DNA of 64,000 nucleotides from Candidatus Zixiibacteriota bacterium. Its GTDB lineage: Bacteria; Zixibacteria; MSB-5A5; WJJR01. Below the pieces are notes generated by a model. It worked only from the letters and a program-made list of their open reading frames with translations. It searched no databases and had not been told where the DNA came from. Position 1 is the stretch's first letter. Each line of letters opens with the position of its first letter. Where the stretch lies: assembly GCA_036397555.1 (NCBI GenBank), contig DASWIS010000007.1:7583-71582 (forward strand). Reading direction: 5' to 3'. The translations under genes were made by a program, and so were the position numbers. Positions 50,301-59,763 of this stretch are shown piece after piece.

Positions 50301-51701
50301 TCAGGATCTCTTCGCGGTGTCGTGCGCCACCCGCAGGATCGCTTCGGCCGAACGGTCGATATCGTCCTGGGTCGTCGACCAGTTGACGATCGAGGCGCGC
50401 ATCGCCTCGCGTCCGCGCCACCTGGTGCCCGACAGCCAGCAGGTTCCCTCCTGCTGAATGTTGCGCACGACCGCGCGCACGAACTCATCGGGATCGCCCT
50501 GCGGCGGTTCGAATCGGACCAGCACCTGATTGAGCACGACATCGTTGAGCGGCTTGACCATTGCGTCCTGAATCAATTGTCGGCGCAGACGGCGCGCGTG
50601 GGAACAGCAGCGTTCGATCATGGCGATCAAACCGTTGCGTCCGAGCGCGCTGAGCACGGCATAAACCGGGATGCCACGCCCACGGCGTGAAAACTCCGGC
50701 GTGTAGTCGACATTGTCCCGCTCGGCGCCCGCGCTCTTGATGAGGTAGGCGGCGCTGACCCCCATCGCCGCCCGATGCGCGTCCTGGTCGCGCACGATGG
50801 CGATGCCGGAATCATACGGGACATTCAGCCACTTGTGACCATCGACCGCCCACGAGTCGGCGTCGGACATGCCGTGTGCCAAATGCTGCACGCTCGGCGT
50901 CGCGGCCGCCCACAACCCGAAGGCGCCGTCGACATGAACCCAGCCGCCGTGTTCATGCACGGCCGCGGTGATTTCTGAGAATGGATCGAACGCGCCGGTG
51001 TTGACGTCGCCGGCCTGCGCGCAAACGATCGTCGGACCGTCGCAATCATTCAGCACCCGCACCAGATCGGCGGGGATCATACGTCCCTGATCGTCGGTAT
51101 CGACGTGACGGACACGTTCGCCGCCCAATCCGAGAAACCGCAGCGCGACGAGGATGCTGACGTGGGCGTCGCGCCCCACCAGCACATACACCGTCGGCGC
51201 GCCGATCAGCCCCTCGGCTTCGACATCCCAGCCGACTTCTTTGAGCACCGCATGACGCGCCGCCGCCAGACAGGTGAAGTTGGCCATTTGCCCGCCGGTG
51301 ACAAAGCCGACGCCTGATTGTCGCGGCAGATCGAGCAATTCCAGCAGCCACTTGGCGGCGACTTCTTCGAGCACGGCGGCGGTCGGCGAGATGACGTAGA
51401 GTCCCGTGTTCTGATCCCATGTCGAAGTCAGCCAGTCGGCCGCCAGCGCCGCCGGATGCGACCCGCCGATGACAAATCCGAAAAAACGCGGCCCCGCACT
51501 CGCGACCAAACCGGGATCGGCCCTGGTCGCCAGTTCTTCGATCGCGCGAGACGATCCGATTCCGTTGTCGGGCAACGGATGATCGAACGCTTGCCGCACT
51601 TCCTCCAGCGACGCGGTTGCCCCGACCGGACGCGTCGGCAGCGAATCAAGGAAACGTTGCGCGTGCGCGAGTGTCTGCTCCAACAGGTTGTCGTAGGCCA
51701 T
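50301..51701 (-). CDS. PLP-dependent group II decarboxylase
   Basis: DGHKWLNVPYDSG carries the PLP lysine. The length and block order fit aromatic-amino-acid/glutamate-type decarboxylases. Confidence 0.85.
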   Translation of the reverse strand: MAYDNLLEQTLAHAQRFLDSLPTRPVGATASLEEVRQAFDHPLPDNGIGSSRAIEELATRADPGLVASAGPRFFGFVIGGSHPAALAADWLTSTWDQNTGLYVISPTAAVLEEVAAKWLLELLDLPRQSGVGFVTGGQMANFTCLAAARHAVLKEVGWDVEAEGLIGAPTVYVLVGRDAHVSILVALRFLGLGGERVRHVDTDDQGRMIPADLVRVLNDCDGPTIVCAQAGDVNTGAFDPFSEITAAVHEHGGWVHVDGAFGLWAAATPSVQHLAHGMSDADSWAVDGHKWLNVPYDSGIAIVRDQDAHRAAMGVSAAYLIKSAGAERDNVDYTPEFSRRGRGIPVYAVLSALGRNGLIAMIERCCSHARRLRRQLIQDAMVKPLNDVVLNQVLVRFEPPQGDPDEFVRAVVRNIQQEGTCWLSGTRWRGREAMRASIVNWSTTQDDIDRSAEAILRVAHDTAKRS

Positions 51702-51743
51702 GGGGGGAAGGTAATGCGAAGGGGTCCTCAGATTCCATCATCT

Positions 51744-51803
51744 GTCATTCCGAACCCCCGAGAGCCGCATCGACAGATGCGGTTCGAGTGGATGAGGAAT
51801 CTC
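51744..51803 (+). repeat. Dispersed repeat, family C
   Basis: GTCATTCCGAACCCCCGAG, then the hairpin CCGCATC/GATGCGG, then GATGAGGAATCTC. Confidence 0.75.
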
Positions 51804-51912
51804 CGAGTCCGATGACGTTGCTTCAGTTGGGGGGGTGTGAGGAAGAAGTTCAATGAAACCCGGACCGAGGGGCGTGTTGAAAAACGCTTGAGAGTTTCCT
51901 GTTGCCCATCGG

Positions 51913-52031
51913 GTCATCCTGAGCCGCATCCCGCATCGCGGGATGCTGGCGAAGGATCTGCTTTTGACGCATCGGAGTAAAAGCAGATGCTTCGCCTGCT
52001 CCCGTCATCGACGGGAGCGGCTCAGCATGAC
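51913..52031. repeat. Convergent pair of family C-related elements (GTCATsCTGAGCC ... CGAAGsATCTGC) forming a long hairpin
   Basis: The plus copy is 51913-51960 and the minus copy 51984-52031. The inner arms, GGCGAAGGATCTGCTTTT and AAAAGCAGATGCTTCGCC, pair over 18 bp with 1 mismatch. Confidence 0.8.
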
Positions 52032-52099
52032 AAGCTAAGGTAGTGGGGGTTTTTCAACTGGCCACGAGGTCCGGGCCACTTACGACGGCGTCTCAGGTG

Positions 52100-53452
52100 T
52101 CAGTCAATTCCTGTCGGACCTCGGAATCTTCGTCTGACTGAGAAGGCAAACAGGAGGACAAGGGATGGGCCAGCGATCATGCCGATTGTCTGCGCCCAGA
52201 CTGACGACATTTGAAGCGGCTCGTACTCCGTTCCGGTCCGCAGAACCATCGACTTGACTGCGAAATTGAGGCTGACAAGCCAATCTCTAATGACGTCCCG
52301 AGGACTTGCCAAAGTTAGGGACTGAGTATCTTTAGAATGAAATAGCTCATAATTAATCCTTTCAACGAATCTATCGCGAGGCCTGTGTACCTCGAATCCT
52401 CCGTACATGTGAAAGAAGGGCAGGACCAAGAGCAGAAATGCAAGCCAGCCCAACGGACGGATGGGCCGAACGTTGTAATACGAAAGGTATTTGTAGATTG
52501 TCAGAAACAGCCAATCGATTCGTTTTGGCAATTGCTGGCGGTGTGTCTCGGTTTCACTCAGATAGAACTCGTTTGCCCAATACGTTTTGCTCGTCGTCGA
52601 TAAGTGACGCCGCATTTGCCGGAATTGCTCCTCCTGAGTTCCCGGGCGATAACGATCCAGGGTTCTTACCCGTCCATCGAACGACTTAATCGGGTGTTTG
52701 ATATGTGACGATTCTCTCACCCGATCCCAGGCACAGCCGATGAAGTTGCATTTTGGTATGACGGAGAACTCGATGAACGATCGTGAGAAACCGACGTCTT
52801 CGAACGACACTGGGAACGGGCTTTGCAGGTTGCTTCTTATTAGTGTCCCTTCGATGACAAATGGTCCGGAGATACGCGTCGAACGGAACGACAGCCCTCC
52901 TTCTTCGACACTTCCTCCGACGATATGAATGCCCTGCTCGAAGTGGCAATTCTCACCAAAACTGAGTTTTTCTATAGTACACTTTGCAATGTGAAGGGGA
53001 TGCCTGAATGTGCACCCGGAGAATATCATCCCGTGCTCCGCGATGTGTCCGCCCAATGTACGTACGGTCTGTCTGAATTCAGTTTGAAGAAACCACACCT
53101 TGCCGAGAAAGCTTGAAGGAAGTTTGAGAAGTGACAGAAAATGTGATTCGCTAATCGTTACCTCATACCACCAGAACCAGTCTGGGACAGCTTCCTTAGG
53201 AAACCGATGCTCAGCAATGTCAACGGTGAGCTTGCGTGTGCCTTTCTCGTCGCGCGTGTGAGTCAAGGACAGATCTCGACCCTCATTCGCCGCGTTTTGT
53301 TCCTTGAGAACCGTGTTCCAGAATCCCGGCTTGCTATCTCGCCATGAGTGAATAATGCAATAGTTCCCGTCGAGTGGCCAAATTGGTCGAAGGCACGTAT
53401 ACTCCTCGCATACTTCCTGAGGAAGTCCAGTCACGTCATTAGTGTTATCCAT
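52100..53452 (-). CDS. Hypothetical low-GC protein: N-terminal Cys/His cluster, repeat-like middle, two C-terminal TM helices
   Basis: The 450-aa ORF fills the low-GC stretch exactly. The C-terminal block YLSYYNVRPIRPLGWLAFLLLVL resembles the membrane tail seen in some pentapeptide-repeat membrane proteins; this resemblance is from memory, not from a search. Confidence 0.7.
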   Translation of the reverse strand: MDNTNDVTGLPQEVCEEYTCLRPIWPLDGNYCIIHSWRDSKPGFWNTVLKEQNAANEGRDLSLTHTRDEKGTRKLTVDIAEHRFPKEAVPDWFWWYEVTISESHFLSLLKLPSSFLGKVWFLQTEFRQTVRTLGGHIAEHGMIFSGCTFRHPLHIAKCTIEKLSFGENCHFEQGIHIVGGSVEEGGLSFRSTRISGPFVIEGTLIRSNLQSPFPVSFEDVGFSRSFIEFSVIPKCNFIGCAWDRVRESSHIKHPIKSFDGRVRTLDRYRPGTQEEQFRQMRRHLSTTSKTYWANEFYLSETETHRQQLPKRIDWLFLTIYKYLSYYNVRPIRPLGWLAFLLLVLPFFHMYGGFEVHRPRDRFVERINYELFHSKDTQSLTLASPRDVIRDWLVSLNFAVKSMVLRTGTEYEPLQMSSVWAQTIGMIAGPSLVLLFAFSVRRRFRGPTGID

Positions 53453-53458
53453 ATCTCT

Positions 53459-55300
53459 TTATCCCAATCGTCCCGCCACGAATTGCGCGACATCCTGGAC
53501 TTTGACGGTGTCGCCCTTTCCGAGGTCGTTGGTGGCGTCGCGGATCATGATTTGGCAGAAGGGGCAGCCGACCGCGATCGACTGCGCGCCGGTCGCCAAC
53601 AATTCGGTGGTGCGTTCGCGGTTGATGCGCGTGCCCTGTGTTTCCTCGGCGAAGATCATCGCGCCGCCCGCGCCGCAGCAGAACGATTTGTCGCGCGTGC
53701 GCTCCGGCTCCAGAGGCGCGTGCCCGGTCGCCGCTTGCAGGACGCGGCGCGGATTGTCGATGTCGCCTTTACGTCCGTAGCGCGAGAGATAACACGGATC
53801 GTGGTAGACCGGCGTGTCGATTCCTTCGCCATTGTCCTTGAGCGTGATCTTCCCTGCTCCGACCAGCTCGCTGATGAGCTGCGTGTGATGAATGATTTCG
53901 ACATCGGCATCGAGGCCGAAGTCTTTGTATTCGGAGATCGTGCGCACGCAGTGCGGGCAGGTGGCGACGATCTTTTTGACTTTTGCCGAATTGAGCAAAT
54001 TGACATTGGCGGACGCCAATTCGGTAAAGAGATACTCATTGCCGGCGCGGCGCGCGGCATCGCCGGTGCATTGCTCATCGGCGAGCACGCCATACGACAC
54101 GCCGGCGGTGTCGAGAATCTGTTTGAACGACAGCGACACCTTGCGATAGTTGACATCGAACCGCGCCAGACATCCCATCCAATAGAGATACTCGTGTCCG
54201 TCGAATGACGGGTAGCCGTTGTCGCGAATGAATTCATGCGCCTGCGGCGTCGGGTAAGCCCAGGGGTTCTGCAGGCGTTCAAGGTTGCCGAAGAAGGTGT
54301 TGAACGTGTGCGGCGCCTTGCCCTCGGCGACCATGCCGCGTCGTGTCTCGAGAATCGGCACGATCTGATCGATGCCGACCGGGCATTGATACGTGCAGGC
54401 GCCGCAGGTGGTGCACTGCCAGAAGATTTCTTCGGGGACCGTCTCCCCCACGATCGGCTGCGCCGGGTTTTTCAAAAATCCCTCGCGCAAATCGAGCATG
54501 AGTTGCTTGGGATCAAGGAGTTTGCCGGTGCTGGTCGCGGGACAATGGTCGAAACAGCGTCCGCATTCGACACAGGTCATCGCTCCCAGCGCGGTGTGTG
54601 CCGACAGATCGGAGAGTTTGGATGCGCCGAATTCCTCCTTCTCGAAGTCGAGCGGGCGAATGCGCGCCAGTTCGAAATCCTTCAGGTAGGTCGTGATCGG
54701 CGAGAGCACGAGATGCAGGTGCTTGGAGCGCGGAATCAGCCAGAGAAATGCGAGAATCGAAATCGCATGCAGCCACCAATTGATATGTGCGATCATCGTT
54801 GTATGGTCCGTCAGCGCGAAGATATCCAGCAGGTATGTGATCATCAGCACTTCGATCAGCAGCGCCACCAAGCCCGATTCGAGTGAGAGCTTGCCCAATG
54901 CCGGCGGGCGCACGACGAAACGTCGCCACGCCAATGCCGTCATACCGACGATCACCGCGACGGCCATGACGGCGATTGTTTTTGTGAGAACGCTGTAGAG
55001 CAGCCCGCGACCGAGCAGCGCTGCGCCGTAGCCGCGCGCAAAATGATCGAGCGTCACCGGGATGAACGCGATAAATCCCCAAAACACCAGCGCGTGCATC
55101 AGCCCGGCAAAGGGGCGTTGCGCAATGACCGTTCCCTGCAGCAGCACGTCCCAGACGAAACGCGCGGTGCGCCGCCACGGTTGATCGGCGATAAAGCCGC
55201 CGTGTGCTCTGCCGATGGCGCGCAGCCGCACCGCGATCGGCTGCACGAATCCATACAGCCCCAGCGCAATGGCTGCTGTCAGAACGATGCGTTCAAGCAT
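53459..55300 (-). CDS. Membrane-bound (Fe-S)-binding oxidoreductase, HdrD/GlpC/DsrK-like
   Basis: An N-terminal region of about 200 aa carries TM helices. It is followed by CVECGRCFDHCP and CTTCGACTYQCP ferredoxin motifs and two CCG-type Cys-rich regions (CPHC..., CCGAGG). Confidence 0.85.
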   Translation of the reverse strand: MLERIVLTAAIALGLYGFVQPIAVRLRAIGRAHGGFIADQPWRRTARFVWDVLLQGTVIAQRPFAGLMHALVFWGFIAFIPVTLDHFARGYGAALLGRGLLYSVLTKTIAVMAVAVIVGMTALAWRRFVVRPPALGKLSLESGLVALLIEVLMITYLLDIFALTDHTTMIAHINWWLHAISILAFLWLIPRSKHLHLVLSPITTYLKDFELARIRPLDFEKEEFGASKLSDLSAHTALGAMTCVECGRCFDHCPATSTGKLLDPKQLMLDLREGFLKNPAQPIVGETVPEEIFWQCTTCGACTYQCPVGIDQIVPILETRRGMVAEGKAPHTFNTFFGNLERLQNPWAYPTPQAHEFIRDNGYPSFDGHEYLYWMGCLARFDVNYRKVSLSFKQILDTAGVSYGVLADEQCTGDAARRAGNEYLFTELASANVNLLNSAKVKKIVATCPHCVRTISEYKDFGLDADVEIIHHTQLISELVGAGKITLKDNGEGIDTPVYHDPCYLSRYGRKGDIDNPRRVLQAATGHAPLEPERTRDKSFCCGAGGAMIFAEETQGTRINRERTTELLATGAQSIAVGCPFCQIMIRDATNDLGKGDTVKVQDVAQFVAGRLG

Positions 55301-55311
55301 GCGATGAGATT

Positions 55312-55521
55312 CTATTCCAGCAGACGGAACCCGATGCGCGTGACGACCTGAAACTCGGTGATGTCGCCGTCTTTGATGCCGCCGCGCACTTCCCGGACCT
55401 CAAACCACGCCAGCCCCTTGAGCGTGCGCTGCGCCTCGTGCACGGCATTGGCGACCGCGTCCTCGATGCTTTTTTCCGAGGTGCCGACGATTTCGATGAT
55501 CTTGTAGGTTCTGCCTTCCAT
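55312..55521 (-). CDS. Dodecin-family flavin-binding protein
   Basis: 69 aa reading YKIIEIVGTSEKSIEDAV...WFEVREVRG...FQVVTRIGFRLLE. GGAGG precedes the ATG. Confidence 0.85.
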   Translation of the reverse strand: MEGRTYKIIEIVGTSEKSIEDAVANAVHEAQRTLKGLAWFEVREVRGGIKDGDITEFQVVTRIGFRLLE

Positions 55522-55593
55522 GAGCGTGCCTCCGGATTTGCCCGCCAAGTTACGAACCAAGGGGCAATATCTCAAGGTGTCGTGTCATGGTGT

Positions 55594-55617
55594 GGTCGCC
55601 CAAGGGCTGACCGGCAC
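55594..55617. repeat. Palindromic repeat, family A (partly degenerate)
   Basis: GGTCGCCCAAGGGCTGACCGGCAC, intergenic. Confidence 0.7.
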
Positions 55618-55645
55618 CAAAATGCAGTCTCGGCCCCTCGGCGTT

Positions 55646-55682
55646 GCTTCCTTCGATTTCGCTTCGGACAGGCGGGACAAGC
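55646..55682 (+). repeat. Dispersed short repeat, family D variant
   Basis: GCTTCCTTCGATTTCGCTTCGGACAGGCGGGACAAGC, intergenic. Confidence 0.55.
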
Positions 55683-55770
55683 GGATGCCGCGTCCTCCCA
55701 ATCGACCAGGAGAGCGCGCAGCTTTCGCTGAGCCCCTCAAGAGACTGTACGTCTCCATTCGATGGAGGTT

Positions 55771-57108
55771 TTAAGGAAACAACAGGAAGGCAGCCGTCAC
55801 AAGTATGGCGTAAGCAACAAAAATCAGGATGCCATATCCCATGATGTCCTTAAAGTCGAGCTTGGCGACGGTCAGCAGCGGGATTGCCCAGAACGGTTGA
55901 ATGATGTCGGTCGCCATGTCGCCCCAGGCATAGGCGACGACGACTTTGGCCGGGGCGACGCCGAGTGACTGCGCCGCTTCCAGCACATACGGCGCCTCGA
56001 TCGCCCATTTCGAGCCGCCCGACGGCACGAAGTAGTTGACGATGCCCGAATACCAGTAGACGACGGCCGGATACGTGTCGCGGGTGGTCCATGTCGTCAG
56101 TGCCGTCGCGAGCACGTCGGTCAGCCCGGAGGATTTGATGATGCCGTACATGCCCGCATAAAACGGAAACTGCAGCACGATCCCCCAGAGCAGCTTTCCC
56201 CCTTCGGCGGCCGCGTGCAGAAATGACGCGGTGTTGCGGTGCAGGAGCACACCGGCAAACAGTGCGCTGAAGTTGAATGCATCCAGCGTGAGGGGTCCGC
56301 CGTGGATGACAAAGTGCCGCACGACCCACGCCAGCCCGGCGATGCCGAAGACGGCGTTGATGGCATATGAATGCTCGACCCGCTCCGAAGGCGTCGGCGC
56401 AGGGGGTCTTGGTGGCTCGTGAAACTCCTCGAATCCCGCCAACACCTGCGGATCGACCGCGAGGGTGCGCTCACGGGAAGGGTGCAACATCGGCGTGAAC
56501 ACGCACAGGAACGCAAAGACACTCGTCACGAGGATCAGATTGAACGGCGCGAAGATCGTCTCGCTCATCGGGATGATGCCGATCTGGCTTTCGAGAAAAT
56601 GTCCGGGCGTGGCGACCAACAGCGGCGCCGACGCCGACAGTCCCGCATGCCAGGTGCAGCCCATGCCCAGATAGGCGCAGGCGACGAGCAAACGGTAGTC
56701 GACATCGCGCCGCTGCGTGGCGATGAAACGCACCATCAGGGCCGCGCCGACCATCGAGAGCCCCCAGTGCAGCCACGACAGCAAAAGCGAGATGACCGTC
56801 ATGGTGAGAATCGCCGAGCGCGGCCCGCGCGGAATGCGGGCGATGGCGGCCAACGCCTTGCGCATCACCGGCGAGACCGCGACGATGTAGCCGGTGAAGA
56901 TGATCATCGCCATCTGCATGCCGAACGACAACAGCGCCCAGAAACCGTCGCCCCAGTAGACGACCGCCTGCAACGGCGACGTATCGGTCCACAGCAGCGC
57001 CGCCCCAAAGACCACGATCGACAGCAGACAGGCGATGATGAACGAATTGGGAATCCAGCGCACCGACCACGCGGTGAGTGCGGCGGCGATGCGTTCGATC
57101 AGGCGCAT
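55771..57108 (-). CDS. Short-chain fatty acid transporter (AtoE-type) family protein
   Basis: A 445-aa polytopic protein whose N-terminus, MRLIERIAAALTAWSVRWIPNSFII, is typical of this family. Confidence 0.8.
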   Translation of the reverse strand: MRLIERIAAALTAWSVRWIPNSFIIACLLSIVVFGAALLWTDTSPLQAVVYWGDGFWALLSFGMQMAMIIFTGYIVAVSPVMRKALAAIARIPRGPRSAILTMTVISLLLSWLHWGLSMVGAALMVRFIATQRRDVDYRLLVACAYLGMGCTWHAGLSASAPLLVATPGHFLESQIGIIPMSETIFAPFNLILVTSVFAFLCVFTPMLHPSRERTLAVDPQVLAGFEEFHEPPRPPAPTPSERVEHSYAINAVFGIAGLAWVVRHFVIHGGPLTLDAFNFSALFAGVLLHRNTASFLHAAAEGGKLLWGIVLQFPFYAGMYGIIKSSGLTDVLATALTTWTTRDTYPAVVYWYSGIVNYFVPSGGSKWAIEAPYVLEAAQSLGVAPAKVVVAYAWGDMATDIIQPFWAIPLLTVAKLDFKDIMGYGILIFVAYAILVTAAFLLFP

Positions 57109-57363
57109 GGCGTGAAGGTCTGATCGCCGTCAGTCGACGGCAACAGAAGAAACGGACGCTCGATGTAGTCGGTTACCTTCTGCCTGCGGAAGCGATCACC
57201 CCAGGTCCCGCCCGCCGGTGGCCGCAAAATGAGGCGGCGTACCGGGCTTGAGTCGCCGGGCGCACGGGATCGAACCGTGCCGCTGCCGCCAACGACTTGT
57301 TCGCGGTCACCTGGTGATGTTTCTTACAGGAATCGAGTGAATGCGGTAACCCGGGAGGAGTCT

Positions 57364-58728
57364 ATGAGCAAGGTGATGGCACATATCGATCAAAACAAGA
57401 AACGGTATCAGGATGAACTCTTCGAGTTGTTGCGCATACCGTCGATCTCGGCCGACCCGGATCGTGCCGCCGACATCCGTCGCGCCGCCGAGTTCGTCAA
57501 AGCCAAACTCGCTGCCATGGGATGCCAGGCCCGCATTTACGAAACACCGGGGCATCCGCTCGTCTATGGCGAGTGGCTGGGAGCCAAGGGCCGGCCGACC
57601 GTGCTGTTCTACGGCCACTACGATGTCCAGCCGCCCGATCCCTTGGAGTTGTGGCACTCCCAGCCATTCGAGCCGACTGTGCGCGACGGCAATGTCTACG
57701 CGCGCGGCGCCTCCGACGACAAAGGGCAGTTTCTCGCCAACGTGCTCGGGGTCGAATCGTTTTTCCAGACCAACGGCGGCCCGCCGGTGAATGTGAAGTT
57801 CTTAATCGAAGGTGAAGAGGAGGTCACTTCGACCAATCTGGAACACTTCGTCGCCGCCAACCGCGAGTTGCTGAAGTGCGACCAGATCGTGGTCTCCGAT
57901 ACGGCGCAGTTCAAACCGGGATACCCGGCGATCTGCTACGGACTGCGCGGGATTTGCTACATGGAAGTCTTTCTGCGCGGCGCGAACATCGATTTGCATT
58001 CCGGCGAATACGGCGGCGCGGTCCCCAATCCCGCCAACGAGTTGTCGCGCATCATCGCCAAACTGCACGACCCGAAAACCGGCAAAGTCGCAATCCCCGG
58101 ATTCTACGACGATGTCGTTGAGCTGGATCCGAAGGAACGCGCCGAACTGGCGAGGCTGCCGTTCGATGAAACCGACTACAAAAAACGTCTCGACCTGACC
58201 GCGCTTCCCGGAGAAAATGGTTACTCCCCCATCGAGCGGACATGGACTCGCCCTACGCTCGATGTCAACGGGCTGACGTCAGGATATCAGGGCAAGGGCG
58301 CCAAGACTGTGATCCCCGCTGCGGCCTCGGCGAAGATTTCGATGCGGCTGGTGCCGAATATGGACCCGAAGAAGGTGCAAAAGCAGTTTGAGGACACCAT
58401 TCGCTCACTGTGTCCGCCTTATATAAATGTAAGGTTCGCCAACTTCGGCATGGCCAAGCCGGTGGTGGTCCCATCCGATTCGCCGGCGCTGGCCAGGGCG
58501 CGGGCTGCGTTGGAAAAGGGCTTCGGCGCCAAGAGCGTCATCGTGCGCTCGGGCGGCTCGATCCCGGTGGTCGAGACCTTCAAGACCCACCTCGGTGTCG
58601 CGTCACTGCTGGTCGGCTACGGACTCCCCGATGACGCGCTGCATTCCCCCAACGAGAAGTTCTCGCTGGAAGACTTCCATCGCGGCATCCGGACCGCAGC
58701 GCACCTCTTGGAGGAATTGGCGAAATAG
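57364..58728 (+). CDS. M20-family dipeptidase
   Basis: LLRIPSISA, YGHYDVQP and ARGASDDKGQ are present. GGGAGGAG precedes ATG 57364. Confidence 0.9.
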   Translation: MSKVMAHIDQNKKRYQDELFELLRIPSISADPDRAADIRRAAEFVKAKLAAMGCQARIYETPGHPLVYGEWLGAKGRPTVLFYGHYDVQPPDPLELWHSQPFEPTVRDGNVYARGASDDKGQFLANVLGVESFFQTNGGPPVNVKFLIEGEEEVTSTNLEHFVAANRELLKCDQIVVSDTAQFKPGYPAICYGLRGICYMEVFLRGANIDLHSGEYGGAVPNPANELSRIIAKLHDPKTGKVAIPGFYDDVVELDPKERAELARLPFDETDYKKRLDLTALPGENGYSPIERTWTRPTLDVNGLTSGYQGKGAKTVIPAAASAKISMRLVPNMDPKKVQKQFEDTIRSLCPPYINVRFANFGMAKPVVVPSDSPALARARAALEKGFGAKSVIVRSGGSIPVVETFKTHLGVASLLVGYGLPDDALHSPNEKFSLEDFHRGIRTAAHLLEELAK

Positions 58729-58856
58729 CGATTGGTGCCGCTGTAACCGCCCTCTCCCTACCGCCCATTTCCAGAGAGTGGGTCCCATGAGTGTGGCTAA
58801 GACACACCGTGGTGAGCCATGGTTTGGAGATTGCGCTAATGTGCGTGACTGAAGCC

Positions 58857-59540
58857 ATGACCACACAGGAACTCCCCATGATCATCGAGCAGCTCACGGT
58901 CGGGCCGATTCAGGAGAATTGCTATATCGTCGGCGATGAAGAGACGCGCGAGGGATTCATTGTCGATCCCGGATACGAAGCGTCGCGCATTCTCGAAGTC
59001 GTCAAGCAGCTCGGGCTGACGATCACCAAGATCATCAACACGCACGCGCACGTCGATCACATCTGCGCGGTGCAGCCGCTCAAAGACGCACTCGCGGAAC
59101 GCCCACTCTTGAGGCGTGTGCCGTTCTATCTGCATCCCGAGGAACGAATGCACTTGCCGGAACTGGTTGAGCACGCGGCGATGTTCGGGATGCTCGATGT
59201 GAAGGCGCCGACGGTCGATTTCGATTTGGCCGACGGCGATGTGATCGAGTGCGGTCCGCTCTCGATCGAAGTCACACATACCCCCGGTCACACGCCGGGA
59301 CATTGCCTGCTGCGGGTCGGCGATGATGTGTTCTGCGGCGATCTGATCTTCGCCGGTTCGATCGGACGTGTCGATCTGCCCGGCGGCGATCACGAAGCGA
59401 TGATCGAGTCGCTGGAGCGGCACATCCTGACATTGGCTGATGCCGTGCGGCTGCACCCGGGGCATGGCGAATCGACCACGGTCGCGCTCGAGCGGCAGTA
59501 CAATCCGTTTCTGCGCGGGCTGCGCGCGTATGAGTCATAG
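58857..59540 (+). CDS. MBL-fold metallo-hydrolase (glyoxalase II-like)
   Basis: THAHVDH, HTPGHTPGH and GDLIFAGSIGR are present. The start is 58857 or 58878. Confidence 0.85.
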   Translation: MTTQELPMIIEQLTVGPIQENCYIVGDEETREGFIVDPGYEASRILEVVKQLGLTITKIINTHAHVDHICAVQPLKDALAERPLLRRVPFYLHPEERMHLPELVEHAAMFGMLDVKAPTVDFDLADGDVIECGPLSIEVTHTPGHTPGHCLLRVGDDVFCGDLIFAGSIGRVDLPGGDHEAMIESLERHILTLADAVRLHPGHGESTTVALERQYNPFLRGLRAYES

Positions 59541-59763
59541 CCCTGTCTCACTATGTCCCTGAATTAACGTGGCCATGTGTCCCGGACCGGGCCGTGATTT
59601 CTCTTTAAGCCGCCCTCGATTCGGGCGTATAACCTTCCGGGCCGGACAAACCGGGTTTGCCCTTGCCTGCGGCTCTTGCGTACTTACTTATCGGGCCCGA
59701 CGAACCGGGGTGGCGTTGGCGATCACGGTCGGGTCCGAACTTGTTTGGAGAGGACACGCTCGC

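Noticed and set aside
51781-51800. tRNA-like T-arm strings (GGTTCGAGT at 51781; GGGTTCGAAT near 38350)
   Set aside because: No acceptor or anticodon stems can be drawn around them. The first is part of a family C repeat and the second lies inside a coding region.
52100-53452. Calling the low-GC gene a mobile element
   Set aside because: No integrase, transposase, tRNA target or flanking direct repeats were seen. Only composition and adjacent repeats point to acquisition, so it is reported as a compositional island, not a mobile element.
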